Of a stretch of 29,223 bases of DNA, positions 11,394-20,412 are shown one piece after another. The notes under the pieces were generated by a model that ran no database searches, was not told where the DNA came from, and saw only the letters and a program-made list of their open reading frames with translations. This DNA comes from a virus, in UHGV virus genome UHGV-0364466. One strand, 5' to 3'. Positions within the stretch are counted from its first letter, which is position 1. Each line of letters opens with the position of its first letter. A program made the position numbers and the translations under genes.

Positions 11394-11925
11394 GATCCTT
11401 TTCCTGATTCACATTGATATGTGCGGCAAATTCCGGGGTTTCGTCCGGGAATTTCCAGGTCTGCCAGTGACGCTCGTAATCATCCAGCGAATCCATGTCC
11501 ACCACGGACGGCAGCGGGGTAGTGCCACTGAACAGAACGCCGTAAAGCACCACACCGGCATTGATACGGTTGTCGTCACAAAGATTTCTGACCTGCGTCA
11601 GTCTCATCCCGGTGGTCGGGCCAAACGTCTGACCGTTAACACCGGCAATCAGTCGCTCCACAATCTGATAAATACCGGGCCGGTTTACCGGTTCCCCGTT
11701 CAGCAACTCCGCCACGACAAAAAATGCCCAGCGACTTTCAACTTCCCGACGCGTACGCCCCTCACCACAGCCCATCCATGCCAGAAATACCGATGGAGGG
11801 GCCAGAAAGAGACGGTGCACATCCTCGTTAGTCCATGTGCCGGTAAGGGGGTCCACCTGCCGCAGGGTTGCCCCAAACAACTCACGAACGCGCGCCAGCA
11901 GTGCGGCTTCGGTTTCTTCCAGCAT
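11377..11925 (-). CDS. Mu gp37-like protein (DUF1834)
   Basis: 182 aa; ATG verified; synteny. Confidence 0.7.
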   Translation of the reverse strand: MLEETEAALLARVRELFGATLRQVDPLTGTWTNEDVHRLFLAPPSVFLAWMGCGEGRTRREVESRWAFFVVAELLNGEPVNRPGIYQIVERLIAGVNGQTFGPTTGMRLTQVRNLCDDNRINAGVVLYGVLFSGTTPLPSVVDMDSLDDYERHWQTWKFPDETPEFAAHINVNQEKDHDAEN

Positions 11926-12350
11926 CAGATAAACCCCTTCTGTTTTCGTGAGAAGACCGGCGCGTCAGACTGCACCTGCACAAGGTTTTCACCATCCGGC
12001 GAGGCTGCCGTCCTGCTTTCCACGCCGGGATCTGTTTTGCCATCGCGCACCTGTTCCAGCCAGCGCACTGTGTCCCTGTAGGCAGCGGTGATCTGCTCGG
12101 TGGGTTGTGATTCATTCAGATAAAACCAGGCCACCACGCAACACTGCCGTTTCAGCAGTGAGGGGACGACGGTAAGCGGCAGAACAAAGCGCGCGGCGAG
12201 ATAGCCATCAATAAAGGCCGAAGCATCTGCCAGTGCCTGTTCTGCCACGGCATCATCCGGCTGACCGTCCGCTGTTTTAGGGCGGGTGAGAATATCCAGC
12301 CGCGTACGTGTATAGCGGGCGCACAGGTCATTTACCGTCGCGTAATTCAT
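11925..12350 (-). CDS. Mu gp36-like protein (DUF1320)
   Basis: 141 aa; ATG verified; synteny. Confidence 0.7.
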   Translation of the reverse strand: MNYATVNDLCARYTRTRLDILTRPKTADGQPDDAVAEQALADASAFIDGYLAARFVLPLTVVPSLLKRQCCVVAWFYLNESQPTEQITAAYRDTVRWLEQVRDGKTDPGVESRTAASPDGENLVQVQSDAPVFSRKQKGFI

Positions 12351-12757
12351 GCATCCGCCTCAGCCAGCGCCGCTTTGATTTGCGCACTGCTCACCGGTTC
12401 CCCCAGCGCCGCACTGACGGCTTTCACTTTGGGTTCCCCCCCTGCGGTAAAGTGCTCCGGGTTTGCCTTATCCAGACCGGCAACGGTCGCACAGATACGG
12501 GTATTCAGATCGCCCACACCCAGAACGTCCAGCCCCCCAGCCTCAGCGAGCGTTTCTGCTGACGATGCAGATACCACAGACAGCACGCTGTCGGCACGAA
12601 TGATCGCCAGTTGTTCTTCGGTGACTTCCACGGTGTTTTCGCCACGCGTAAAGGCGATTCCGGCGCGGCGGTAGACCGGACGAAGGCATTTAATAATCGC
12701 CGTGCAAGTGATGCGAGAAGTGTCCAGCCGTTGTGAATTAAGCGAAGTGCCTGACAT
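12347..12757 (-). CDS. Mu gp35-position hypothetical protein
   Basis: 136 aa; strong SD (AAGGAGGAG) 8 nt before ATG at 12757; directly downstream of the capsid gene and hairpin. Confidence 0.55.
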   Translation of the reverse strand: MSGTSLNSQRLDTSRITCTAIIKCLRPVYRRAGIAFTRGENTVEVTEEQLAIIRADSVLSVVSASSAETLAEAGGLDVLGVGDLNTRICATVAGLDKANPEHFTAGGEPKVKAVSAALGEPVSSAQIKAALAEADA

Positions 12758-12789
12758 AACACATGCTCCTCCTTTTCCTTTAAATCAGG

Positions 12790-12817
12790 TTAAAAGGCGG
12801 TCTGAACCGCCTTTTAA
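12790..12817 (-). terminator. Stem-loop (partial terminator/attenuator) immediately after the major capsid gene
   Basis: Perfect 12-bp inverted repeat TTAAAAGGCGGT / ACCGCCTTTTAA with 4-nt loop, 6 nt after the capsid stop; U-rich 3' side on the minus-strand RNA; followed by the SD of the next gene. Confidence 0.45.
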
Positions 12818-12823
12818 TGACGG

Positions 12824-13741
12824 TTACAGGTAGTCAGCGACAACCAGTTGCAGCTTGCCCTTCATCTCGTTGGAGACGGTGGTATTGCCATCCGCGAACA
12901 GTTCACGGTTAAGCAGTTGCTCTGCGGCTTTTTCCAGCCCGACCGGTACAACGATATGTGTCGGCTTCAGGCCCAGCTTCTTACCGCCATCACCTTCAAA
13001 AGAGCGCATCAGTTGCCAGCCCTTCCAGAGGTTATCCAGCGTCAGATCGCCTTTTACCGCGACAGCCATCTGCCAGAAGCCGTAACCGGCAGCACGGCGG
13101 GCGCTGGCACCAAACAGGAACTCGTTATCCATAAAAACGTGGTCGTCATCGATACGGGTACGTGCGACCAGTTCCGGTTTGCGGCGCTCCTGGAAAATCA
13201 GCGGTTTGACTGCGCGGGAGCAGTCCAGCAGATAGAATGGCAGACCGCTGAAGCTGTCCTGCTCAACGATGTTGGAGGTATTAACCGCGCTGCCCGTGCC
13301 ATCCACATTCGGATATACCGGATGCTCCTTGTCGAAGAAGTTCTGACCGTCATAGCAGGGCTGGGTAAAGCCATCTTTCAGAAGTTTAAAAATCAGCTCA
13401 TCCGGCTGAACTGCCGCAGAACGGCCCATCTCCTGAAAAATCGGCGCATAAATACCCAGATTGTCATCCTCGAAGTCATCACGGGAAATACCCACGGTGC
13501 CTTCAAACGTTTTATTGGCGATGGAGTAGCCATGCGCTTCCATTTGCTGAATGGTTCGCTTACCCACCCATTCTTTCAGGGTCGGGAATTTACCCAGCCA
13601 GCCATAGGTATTACTGCGGGTGGAAGAGTTCACCACCATTGCAATTTTGCTGTACTGCGACGGGGCGTCTTCAAGACCGCCCTGAAAATCCTTACGCCAG
13701 GAGGTCATCAGGGCTTTAATGGATGCCGGGGTGACAATCAT
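12824..13741 (-). CDS. Major capsid protein (Mu gp34 / T)
   Basis: 305 aa, MIVTPASIKALMTSWRKDFQGGLEDAPSQYSKIAMVVNSS...; ATG verified; follows I. Confidence 0.9.
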   Translation of the reverse strand: MIVTPASIKALMTSWRKDFQGGLEDAPSQYSKIAMVVNSSTRSNTYGWLGKFPTLKEWVGKRTIQQMEAHGYSIANKTFEGTVGISRDDFEDDNLGIYAPIFQEMGRSAAVQPDELIFKLLKDGFTQPCYDGQNFFDKEHPVYPNVDGTGSAVNTSNIVEQDSFSGLPFYLLDCSRAVKPLIFQERRKPELVARTRIDDDHVFMDNEFLFGASARRAAGYGFWQMAVAVKGDLTLDNLWKGWQLMRSFEGDGGKKLGLKPTHIVVPVGLEKAAEQLLNRELFADGNTTVSNEMKGKLQLVVADYL

Positions 13742-14823
13742 TTTTCTTGTTCCTGTTTCATTTTCAGATACTCAGCCTCTGTAATGCCGAGCGCCTTCAC
13801 TGCTGCCTGTTCATCAGCAGACAGCACCGCCACATCCGTTTTTTCCTGCGACGGGATTTTCGCTGTGGTGGTCTGCATGGCAGATAACGCAGCGATGGGC
13901 TGTTTTTTCTCAAGCTGTGCCGACAGTGCCGCCACGCCAATCTGACCGCCAAGCTGTTCCAGATAGGCACGTTCGCTTTTGAAAATGCGGCCTTCCTGTT
14001 CCGCCTTGTCCAGAACGGCGCTCAGGCTGGCTGTGGCGCTTTGTGCAGTCGCCTGTGCCAGTTCATCACGCAGGGCGTTGTAGCTTTCCACCGGGACGTA
14101 TTTCGTCAGGTCAACGGCGGCTTTCTGTGCCTTTTCCAGTTCGGCGGATAACGACGCCACTTTTCCGGCATCTGTTTCGAGTGCATCAAGCGCACTCAGG
14201 GCCGCGCTGGCCTGTTCATCGGTAATGTCTGCATTTTCGGGGACCGTCACCCCAAGACGCGCAAGCAGCTTGCGCAGCGTTTCATTCATGGGTTTGTTCT
14301 CCTGTTGAAGGATGTCGGGAAGGTATGCCGCCAGTGCGGTCAGCTTTTTCATGCCGGTGGCACCGGGGTCATTGGTCAGCGCAGCAAGGCGGATTTGCAG
14401 CACCGCACCGGTGGCGGTGTCATACGGAAAAACCGCAGAGAGATAACCAAATTCGCCGTCATCGATGCGCTGCTGTGCCGCCGCCGTCCAGCGTGGGTGG
14501 ATAAATAATCCTTCACCTTCACGCCACTGCATTTCATCGGCGTTAAACCAGCCAGCCGCGACGAGTTGTTCCGGGGGCAATCCTTTGTCCTTACGTAGCT
14601 GGTTATGCTCGTAATCAATCAGCACGTCCTGGTTGAGCGCGCGAACGCCTTCAACCAGACGCCCGGCAATCTCACCGTCGATGAACCACCCCTGACCGCC
14701 TGTCACATCAAACGGACGACCATCACGGGCACTGAAATGACCGGCAGGCAATAGCTGGCACCAGCCGTCATCGTCAATGGACAGCGCACTCAGTGCGACA
14801 ATGCCAATCGCGTGTTTTTTCAT
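13738..14823 (-). CDS. Head maturation protease / scaffold protein I (Mu gp32), with probable nested scaffold Z
   Basis: 361 aa; N-terminal protease-like region and a C-terminal Ala/Glu/Lys/Gln-rich coiled-coil half; ATG verified. Confidence 0.85.
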   Translation of the reverse strand: MKKHAIGIVALSALSIDDDGWCQLLPAGHFSARDGRPFDVTGGQGWFIDGEIAGRLVEGVRALNQDVLIDYEHNQLRKDKGLPPEQLVAAGWFNADEMQWREGEGLFIHPRWTAAAQQRIDDGEFGYLSAVFPYDTATGAVLQIRLAALTNDPGATGMKKLTALAAYLPDILQQENKPMNETLRKLLARLGVTVPENADITDEQASAALSALDALETDAGKVASLSAELEKAQKAAVDLTKYVPVESYNALRDELAQATAQSATASLSAVLDKAEQEGRIFKSERAYLEQLGGQIGVAALSAQLEKKQPIAALSAMQTTTAKIPSQEKTDVAVLSADEQAAVKALGITEAEYLKMKQEQEK

Positions 14824-14855
14824 GTCCTGCTGCTCATCATGGTTTGTGAGCAGTC

Positions 14856-14890
14856 AGTTTGCGGGAGGTGCGGGAAAATCTGGGGTTATG
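14856..14890 (-). promoter_or_regulatory. Candidate C-dependent late promoter P_I
   Basis: Minus strand CATAACCCC (plus 14882..14890), 20 nt, then -10-like CAAACT (plus 14856..14861), about 30 nt upstream of the I start; same spacing as the lys-upstream element; in the 196-bp G-I intergenic region. Confidence 0.4.
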
Positions 14891-15019
14891 CTATTTGAGT
14901 ACTGGAGAAAGAAAGTGGAAGGAAGATAAAACGGGATTCATACACCGTTAAATACCGGTTTAAAAATCCCGTGGCGCGTTTTAAAAAATCTGTGCGGCTG
15001 ATTTTATGTCTGATTCCGT

Positions 15020-15490
15020 TTATTGCCTCAGAGCGGCGCTGACGCGTTTTCTGATGGCATCAAAAATTTCCTGTTCCCCGGTCTTATCCAGCCCCATATA
15101 AGGACGCGCAGGAACACCTGCCGGGCGGGGTGCCATATCGGGTGTACCGCCCCACTGATGAATGGCAGCATAAATTTTTGGCGAACCAATCAGGGCATAA
15201 TCCTGTCCATAATCGGTGGTAATGCTGCGTGCCAGATCGCCATGCAGGGTAAGAATACTGCCCGGAACAAAACCATGATCCTGACGCCATGCCTGCCACG
15301 AATCGCTCCACGCTTCCCAGCCTTTCCCTGTATCCGGGTCTGCCTGCCGTTCAAATGCCTGTTCCGTGGATGACAGCAGCGCCGCAGCCATCACACGGGG
15401 AATGGCGCGGTCACGTGTAACGGTTCCCAGTTCATCCAGTGCAAGCTGAATACGTCGCACATCCACGGCAACGTTCATATCAAGACTCAC
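15020..15490 (-). CDS. Virion morphogenesis protein G (Mu gp31)
   Basis: 156 aa; starts at GTG (15490) with GGAGGTG SD 7 nt upstream; alternative ATG at 15478. Confidence 0.8.
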   Translation of the reverse strand: MSLDMNVAVDVRRIQLALDELGTVTRDRAIPRVMAAALLSSTEQAFERQADPDTGKGWEAWSDSWQAWRQDHGFVPGSILTLHGDLARSITTDYGQDYALIGSPKIYAAIHQWGGTPDMAPRPAGVPARPYMGLDKTGEQEIFDAIRKRVSAALRQ

Positions 15491-16806
15491 TTATTCACCT
15501 CCACATGCCCCTCCAGTATGTCAATCATCCCGTCGGCAATCGCGGCTTCAAGCGACTGTGCAGATACGCGGCTGATACTGACCAGCACATCCGCCCGGTC
15601 ATTCTGTTTGCTGACAGCCTGCGATGTTCTGACCACAACTTTTGCAGTGCCGTCGCGGGTTGCCACAACATACAGCAACTGGTGGTTCTCCCTGTCCCAC
15701 AATACCGCCTGTGGTTTTGCCATCAGCGACGGCAGACGCTGTAAATCTTCCGTTTTCAGGGCGGCATCAGCAGTGGTCGCCAGACTTTTCCCGTTCATTA
15801 CAAGCAGACGGGCTGGCATATTCCCGGTGCGCTGATATACGGCTTCAGCCACGGATCCCGTCATAAACCCCAGCGCCCGGATTTCATGACCGGTCTGACG
15901 TGATCCTGCCAGGCGTTTAAGCCAGAGGGAAAAAGCAAGCTGACGCTCCCGGCTGTTATTCAGTGTCTGCACAACCTGCTCACGCAGCTGCGCGTCGTGA
16001 ATTTCCACCAGTTTTCGAATCAGTGCCTGATCCGTACCAAATGCCGCCGAACCGGGGTTATATGACCAGCCCATATCCGGCGTCATTTTTACCCGACCGT
16101 TGTCAAACGTGGTTGACGATGTGCGGAAAATCTCTCCGGTGCTTTCATCCGTACCGGCATCCACTTCGCGGGTATTCATGAATGACGCACCATAACTGAC
16201 CTGTAACCCCAGCTCTTTCATGCGGGCCGCAGACAGCGCCCGGACGCGACAGCGGCAGTTCCAGCCATTGGGCGGGTAATGCGTCTGCCAGAAAATGTCG
16301 TCATACCGGAAAACCATATTGTGCAGCCGCGCATGTTCCGGGCGTGTTCTGCCATCCATAACGGCAACGTACTGCCAGTACGGGTACAAATCTGCGGTAT
16401 TCATCATCTGTGCATAACGTCCCGCCCCGTACGCTGTACGGGTATTGACGTTATAAATGGTTGCCAGACGACGCGGACTGCCCAGCTCGATTACCTTTGC
16501 GTTTCCGTCTGCATCCACGATGATTTGTTTTCCCCACCATCCGAGTTTTTGCAGCCGGGGGGCCAGTGTGCGGGTAAATTCCTCACGGGTGATGCCTTCA
16601 CTGACAGCCCGCTCCACTTCCTCACGGATTGTGGTCAGTACATCCATCCGGGTGGCTTTGGCAACGGTAAAGGCGCGGGCGTGCGCGTCTGCCAGTTGTT
16701 CGTACCAGTTCCAGGTGATGTTGTAGCCTTTGGCGCGGAAATACGCGACAGCCTCCTTTGGCGGGAGGCGTGCGGCATACGCCAGATCAATGGTCTGCTG
16801 CGGCAT
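15487..16806 (-). CDS. Head morphogenesis protein F (Mu gp30, SPP1 gp7-like)
   Basis: ORF track starts at GTG 16842; I prefer the in-frame ATG at 16806 (MPQQTIDLAYAARL...), giving a 20-nt overlap with the portal gene. Confidence 0.85.
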   Translation of the reverse strand: MPQQTIDLAYAARLPPKEAVAYFRAKGYNITWNWYEQLADAHARAFTVAKATRMDVLTTIREEVERAVSEGITREEFTRTLAPRLQKLGWWGKQIIVDADGNAKVIELGSPRRLATIYNVNTRTAYGAGRYAQMMNTADLYPYWQYVAVMDGRTRPEHARLHNMVFRYDDIFWQTHYPPNGWNCRCRVRALSAARMKELGLQVSYGASFMNTREVDAGTDESTGEIFRTSSTTFDNGRVKMTPDMGWSYNPGSAAFGTDQALIRKLVEIHDAQLREQVVQTLNNSRERQLAFSLWLKRLAGSRQTGHEIRALGFMTGSVAEAVYQRTGNMPARLLVMNGKSLATTADAALKTEDLQRLPSLMAKPQAVLWDRENHQLLYVVATRDGTAKVVVRTSQAVSKQNDRADVLVSISRVSAQSLEAAIADGMIDILEGHVEVNK

Positions 16807-18325
16807 CCAGACGCCCCCATATATCGGCAACAAAAATGGCACGGGTCAGCATGTCGATAAGTTCTGCATCATCCATCTGCGGATATAATGAAGCGGCTTT
16901 GTTCATGGCGGCTTCCGGGCCATCTTTCAGCACAGAAAAAATGACGGGTTTCAGCAGGGGATCAACCGAACGCTGCCAGTCTTCCGGTGAGACGCCCATC
17001 CGGTCGATATCATCCTCCTGCGGGATATCTTCAGCGGATAATGCAGCCTCTTTCTGCGGACCGTTATCCATGACGACCGGTTGAGCAGTAAACACGGCTT
17101 CATCACCGACCGGCTGTGGAATATGAAGTTTTTCCTGTATCCAGGAGACCGGAATACGCATTCCCGCCGCCAGTTTCGGAATGGCGTCAGACAGTGCCGT
17201 AATATCACCCGCTTCACTGGTATCAAATACAATGCCCGGCAGGCGGTTAATATCAATGGTGCTGTCACTGTTCAGTGCCAGCAGGGGATAAATCAGATCA
17301 CGGTTAATACTGCGGGCAAGCTGGCCCACATCCGCGTTACGGATTTCCCGGCGAACCTCATCATGCACTTCACCCAGCGACCGCGCGCCTTTATCGCCAG
17401 CCTCTGTGGTCAGGGTGCCGCCCAGAATGGCTTTTGAAATCGCTTTTTCTGCCCAGCCAATCATCGCCATAAAAGGGTCTGACTGACCATCTGCGGCGCT
17501 CTGAAAATCCAGCGTCATCCCCATCGGAATAATGCCACCGGCACGTCGCCCGATATCCATCACGGCCTGCATCAGCGTGGCTTTCTCGCGGTTCGTTGAG
17601 CCGGTCGGATATTTACCGACGCGCATGGGGAGTCCGTAAATTTCCAGAAACTCTGCAAAATCACGCACGGAATAGTTTTTAAAAATAAAAGGCCAGATAA
17701 GCGTGCGCACAAGGCCATTGGTGCCGACATACCCGGTGCGGGATTTGGCCCGGTGCATAAACCAGCCGAACGGTTGCAGCTCCAGCCCGTGATAAGACGC
17801 ATCACGCAGGCGTAATTCGTTCAGATTGTCGGGGTTCGCGCAGAACAGCGCCGGATCGCGATGATGCAGCGCCACCGGCACGCGCATTTTCCCCAGCCAG
17901 CCCCATTCAATCTCCTGCATGGAATAGCCCTTGAGAATGGCATCACCGGCATCAAACAGGGCATCTTCAAACCACGCCGCATCATGCAGATATTCATTCA
18001 GCATGTCGGCGTCTTTTTTCTCCTGTGCGCTGGCATCACGTGCCGGAGCGATGCGCCATTCCAGCGCCTGAATGGCAAGGCGGCGTTTGCTCAGTTCGGA
18101 AAAAAGGTGGGTGTCCTTTTCTTCCATATCAAAGGCCAGGTCAGCCTGTGCTGTCAGATCACCGCGTTCGGCATCACGCAGCATCTGCGCGGCCCGGTTC
18201 GGCGTCACACCACTGGAAGGATGCTCCTGCGTACGCTTCATGACCATTGCCAGCTCATCGCTGCGGGTCTGCATTTCATCGTCAAAATCAAACGGCTGCC
18301 CGGAAATATCCAGAATACGGCCCAT
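16787..18325 (-). CDS. Portal protein H (Mu gp29, DUF935)
   Basis: 512 aa, MGRILDISGQPFDFDDEMQTRSDELAMVMKRTQEHP...; ATG verified; downstream of terminase. Confidence 0.9.
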   Translation of the reverse strand: MGRILDISGQPFDFDDEMQTRSDELAMVMKRTQEHPSSGVTPNRAAQMLRDAERGDLTAQADLAFDMEEKDTHLFSELSKRRLAIQALEWRIAPARDASAQEKKDADMLNEYLHDAAWFEDALFDAGDAILKGYSMQEIEWGWLGKMRVPVALHHRDPALFCANPDNLNELRLRDASYHGLELQPFGWFMHRAKSRTGYVGTNGLVRTLIWPFIFKNYSVRDFAEFLEIYGLPMRVGKYPTGSTNREKATLMQAVMDIGRRAGGIIPMGMTLDFQSAADGQSDPFMAMIGWAEKAISKAILGGTLTTEAGDKGARSLGEVHDEVRREIRNADVGQLARSINRDLIYPLLALNSDSTIDINRLPGIVFDTSEAGDITALSDAIPKLAAGMRIPVSWIQEKLHIPQPVGDEAVFTAQPVVMDNGPQKEAALSAEDIPQEDDIDRMGVSPEDWQRSVDPLLKPVIFSVLKDGPEAAMNKAASLYPQMDDAELIDMLTRAIFVADIWGRLDAAADH

Positions 18326-19980
18326 TACCAGCCCCCTCGTTCAAACTGGTGATAATCATCAAAATCATCGTTATCAACATCATCACCACGGTGGCGTGGT
18401 GGCAGCGCCTGTATGCTGTCCTCGTCGATAACAAAACCATTCATATAAGACGCTCTGACAGCCATACAGAGCGCCACGGCAAAGTCGCCATGTCGTCGGC
18501 CTTTACCGCCTTCATCTTTTGTGCGCCCCTTATCAATCTGCGGAATACCTTTGTCCACCTTGATATGGAGCAGGTCATCAAGTGTGGTCTGGTGCCGGGC
18601 AATCGTGATGTTCTGCGCTTCAAACTCGCCTTTCAGTTTTGGCATCCACTCCTGATACCAGGATGCGGTCAGATTCACACAGTCGATCATCTCCGGGCCA
18701 TAAATCAGACGGGCGGCTTCTGCCAGATAACCGCCGTTACCGGTGGCATCAAATGCAGCGCCGGTAAAACGGGGCAAACGGGACAGAATGAATAAAAGGA
18801 TTTGTCGCTGCTGGTCATAGGTCACATTACGCAGCTCCACGCGGAAACATTCGCGTTTGCGTAAGTCTGGAGTGATGGCAAGCGGCACAAACACCGTCAG
18901 GTCGCCACGGCGTGCAAAGTCTTCGCCCAGTACGTGTTTATTGAGCGGCGACAGCGCATCGAGCAACGGGAGCAGCTCCTGTTCACACCAGTCCTGAACG
19001 ATGCCGTGGCGCATTTGTGGTGTCAGCGATTCAAAATCGTCCGGGGCTTCAAAACGCAGAATCGGGATATCCCGCGCTGGCGTCATGGCGGCTTCAATCA
19101 GCACGCGTGACAGATAAGCGCCCCCGGATTTTTTAGGAATGCAGCCGTATTCCTCGTCGGCACTCTCTTTATTCGGCGCATTCCGGTACAAGCCATCACG
19201 CCAGGCTTTTTCCGCTTCCGGCGACCACGGCTGATTCGTGACGTAACAGATACGTCGGTACAACCCGTCAGCGATGGCATCATCCAGCGTGATGCGGTGA
19301 ACGCTGTAATCCTTGCGCCCCTCGCGCGCATCCTGAATGTACTGGTTAAACAGGTTATCGACGCCGTTATGTGTCGATATGATGCGCACGCTGGCACCCC
19401 ACATGTTTAGTGCAAAGGCCGCTTTCAGCAGTTCGTCCAGGGCTTCATGGAATGCCGCCTCATCAATCACCACGTCCCCCTGCAAACCACGCAGGTTAGA
19501 CGGGCGGCTTGACAGCGCCTGTATCTTAAATCCGCTGTTCGGAAAGCGGATCATGTAGGTGAGGATTTCTTCTTTTTTGTCGCTGTCCCAGAAGGTCTGC
19601 TCCCAGACGTCAGCCTTTGCCAGTTGGTTAAAGGCGCGGGCAAACAGGGCACAGGCGGCGATGTATTCCAGCGCCATTTCCTGACGGGAACCCACATAAA
19701 AGACGTTGCGACCACCGCGACGCTTCGGCTTTGCGGCCGTCATGACATTGCGGCCCGCTTCAGCCCATGTCAGACCGGTTCGACGGGATTTTTCAGCGAT
19801 GCAAATCTGGCTTTCATCCTCAAACCAGCGGCGCTGATAGCCCAGAAAAACCGGTTCATTGCGGGGCTGTGCTTCCCCGATATCGGTCACGATATTCACG
19901 CCGAGCAGTCCGGCTTCCTCACGCAGGTTGATTTTGCGGGGCGCATGAAGGGCTTTAAGTTTGCTTTCTCTGGTGCTCAC
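18325..19980 (-). CDS. Terminase large subunit (Mu gp28)
   Basis: 551 aa; Walker-B-like GDVVIDEAAF; position before portal. The first in-frame start is GTG at 19980 with no obvious SD, so the start is uncertain. Confidence 0.85.
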   Translation of the reverse strand: MSTRESKLKALHAPRKINLREEAGLLGVNIVTDIGEAQPRNEPVFLGYQRRWFEDESQICIAEKSRRTGLTWAEAGRNVMTAAKPKRRGGRNVFYVGSRQEMALEYIAACALFARAFNQLAKADVWEQTFWDSDKKEEILTYMIRFPNSGFKIQALSSRPSNLRGLQGDVVIDEAAFHEALDELLKAAFALNMWGASVRIISTHNGVDNLFNQYIQDAREGRKDYSVHRITLDDAIADGLYRRICYVTNQPWSPEAEKAWRDGLYRNAPNKESADEEYGCIPKKSGGAYLSRVLIEAAMTPARDIPILRFEAPDDFESLTPQMRHGIVQDWCEQELLPLLDALSPLNKHVLGEDFARRGDLTVFVPLAITPDLRKRECFRVELRNVTYDQQRQILLFILSRLPRFTGAAFDATGNGGYLAEAARLIYGPEMIDCVNLTASWYQEWMPKLKGEFEAQNITIARHQTTLDDLLHIKVDKGIPQIDKGRTKDEGGKGRRHGDFAVALCMAVRASYMNGFVIDEDSIQALPPRHRGDDVDNDDFDDYHQFERGGW

Positions 19981-20035
19981 GGGTGAAAAATCCGGTATAA
20001 ATTTTCAGGCATTAATCAGTAAAAAAGAGGTTTTT

Positions 20036-20230
20036 ATGAAAGAGAAACTGACCATTGATCAAAAAATCGAAATTGCCCGGATAGCCGTGCAAATGTTTGA
20101 ATCCACCCGGGCAAAAGGCGTTTCACTTGAGATCTCCTGTTCAGGAAAAGCATCAGTGGAAGAAAACACATTTAATGCTTTCTACAAAATTGTTGAAAAA
20201 ACCGTTATCGGTGGACCTGAGAATAACTGA
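20036..20230 (+). CDS. Hypothetical small protein (64 aa) on the opposite strand, between terminase genes
   Basis: ATG at 20036 preceded by AAAGAGG SD at 5 nt; MKEKLTIDQKIEIARIAVQMFESTRAKGVSLEISCSGKASVEENTFNAFYKIVEKTVIGGPENN; AT-rich surroundings; GC hairpin (GGCCCG-N7-CGGGCC) 6 nt after the stop. Confidence 0.5.
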   Translation: MKEKLTIDQKIEIARIAVQMFESTRAKGVSLEISCSGKASVEENTFNAFYKIVEKTVIGGPENN

Positions 20231-20402
20231 TCACCTGGCCCGCTGTAGCCGGGCCATCCACCAGTTGCATAACCAGATACAGGGCCTCGGCCATAATTCG
20301 TGGATGGACTTCCGGATCCTCATCAATCTGTTTTTTCACAACGGGCCACAGTGCCATTGCCAGTTCTGTTGAGGTCTTGTATTTAGTTTTTTCATCCGCC
20401 AT
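20205..20402 (-). CDS. Hypothetical small protein (65 aa)
   Basis: GAGGAG SD 6 nt before the second ATG (20402); MADEKTKYKTSTELAMALWPVVKKQIDEDPEVHPRIMAEALYLVMQLVDGPATAGQVISYSQVHR; 3' end overlaps the plus-strand gene by 26 nt. Confidence 0.45.
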   Translation of the reverse strand: MADEKTKYKTSTELAMALWPVVKKQIDEDPEVHPRIMAEALYLVMQLVDGPATAGQVISYSQVHR

Positions 20403-20412
20403 TTTCATCTCC

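Noticed and set aside
12848-13945. 365-aa plus-strand ORF opposite the major capsid and I genes
   Set aside because: It runs antisense to two well-supported minus-strand genes, has no SD, and its translation is low-complexity; typical shadow ORF in GC-rich coding DNA. The same applies to the plus-strand ORFs 3480..4103, 9355..10164, 11236..12081, 16279..16860, 21386..22264 and 24547..25206.
14948-14958. Exact 11-mer TTAAATACCGG shared between the G-I spacer and the gam stop region (27299..27309), and GGTGCGGGATT shared between the lys leader and the portal gene (about 17737..17747)
   Set aside because: Many identical 11-mer pairs are expected by chance in 29 kb on two strands. Without positional logic these are not evidence of repeats or binding sites.
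14824-15019. Possible anti-CRISPR or other small moron between G and I (the acr position in Pseudomonas Mu-like phages)
   Set aside because: Checked both strands by hand: the longest ORFs are 13-16 codons without SD. The interval is regulatory, not coding.
15487-16842. F gene starting at 16842 as given in the ORF track
   Set aside because: The codon at 16842 is GTG and gives a 56-nt overlap with the portal gene. The in-frame ATG at 16806 is a more conventional start. The same check showed that several other track starts are GTG/TTG (19980, 21788, 24080, 24270, 25989).
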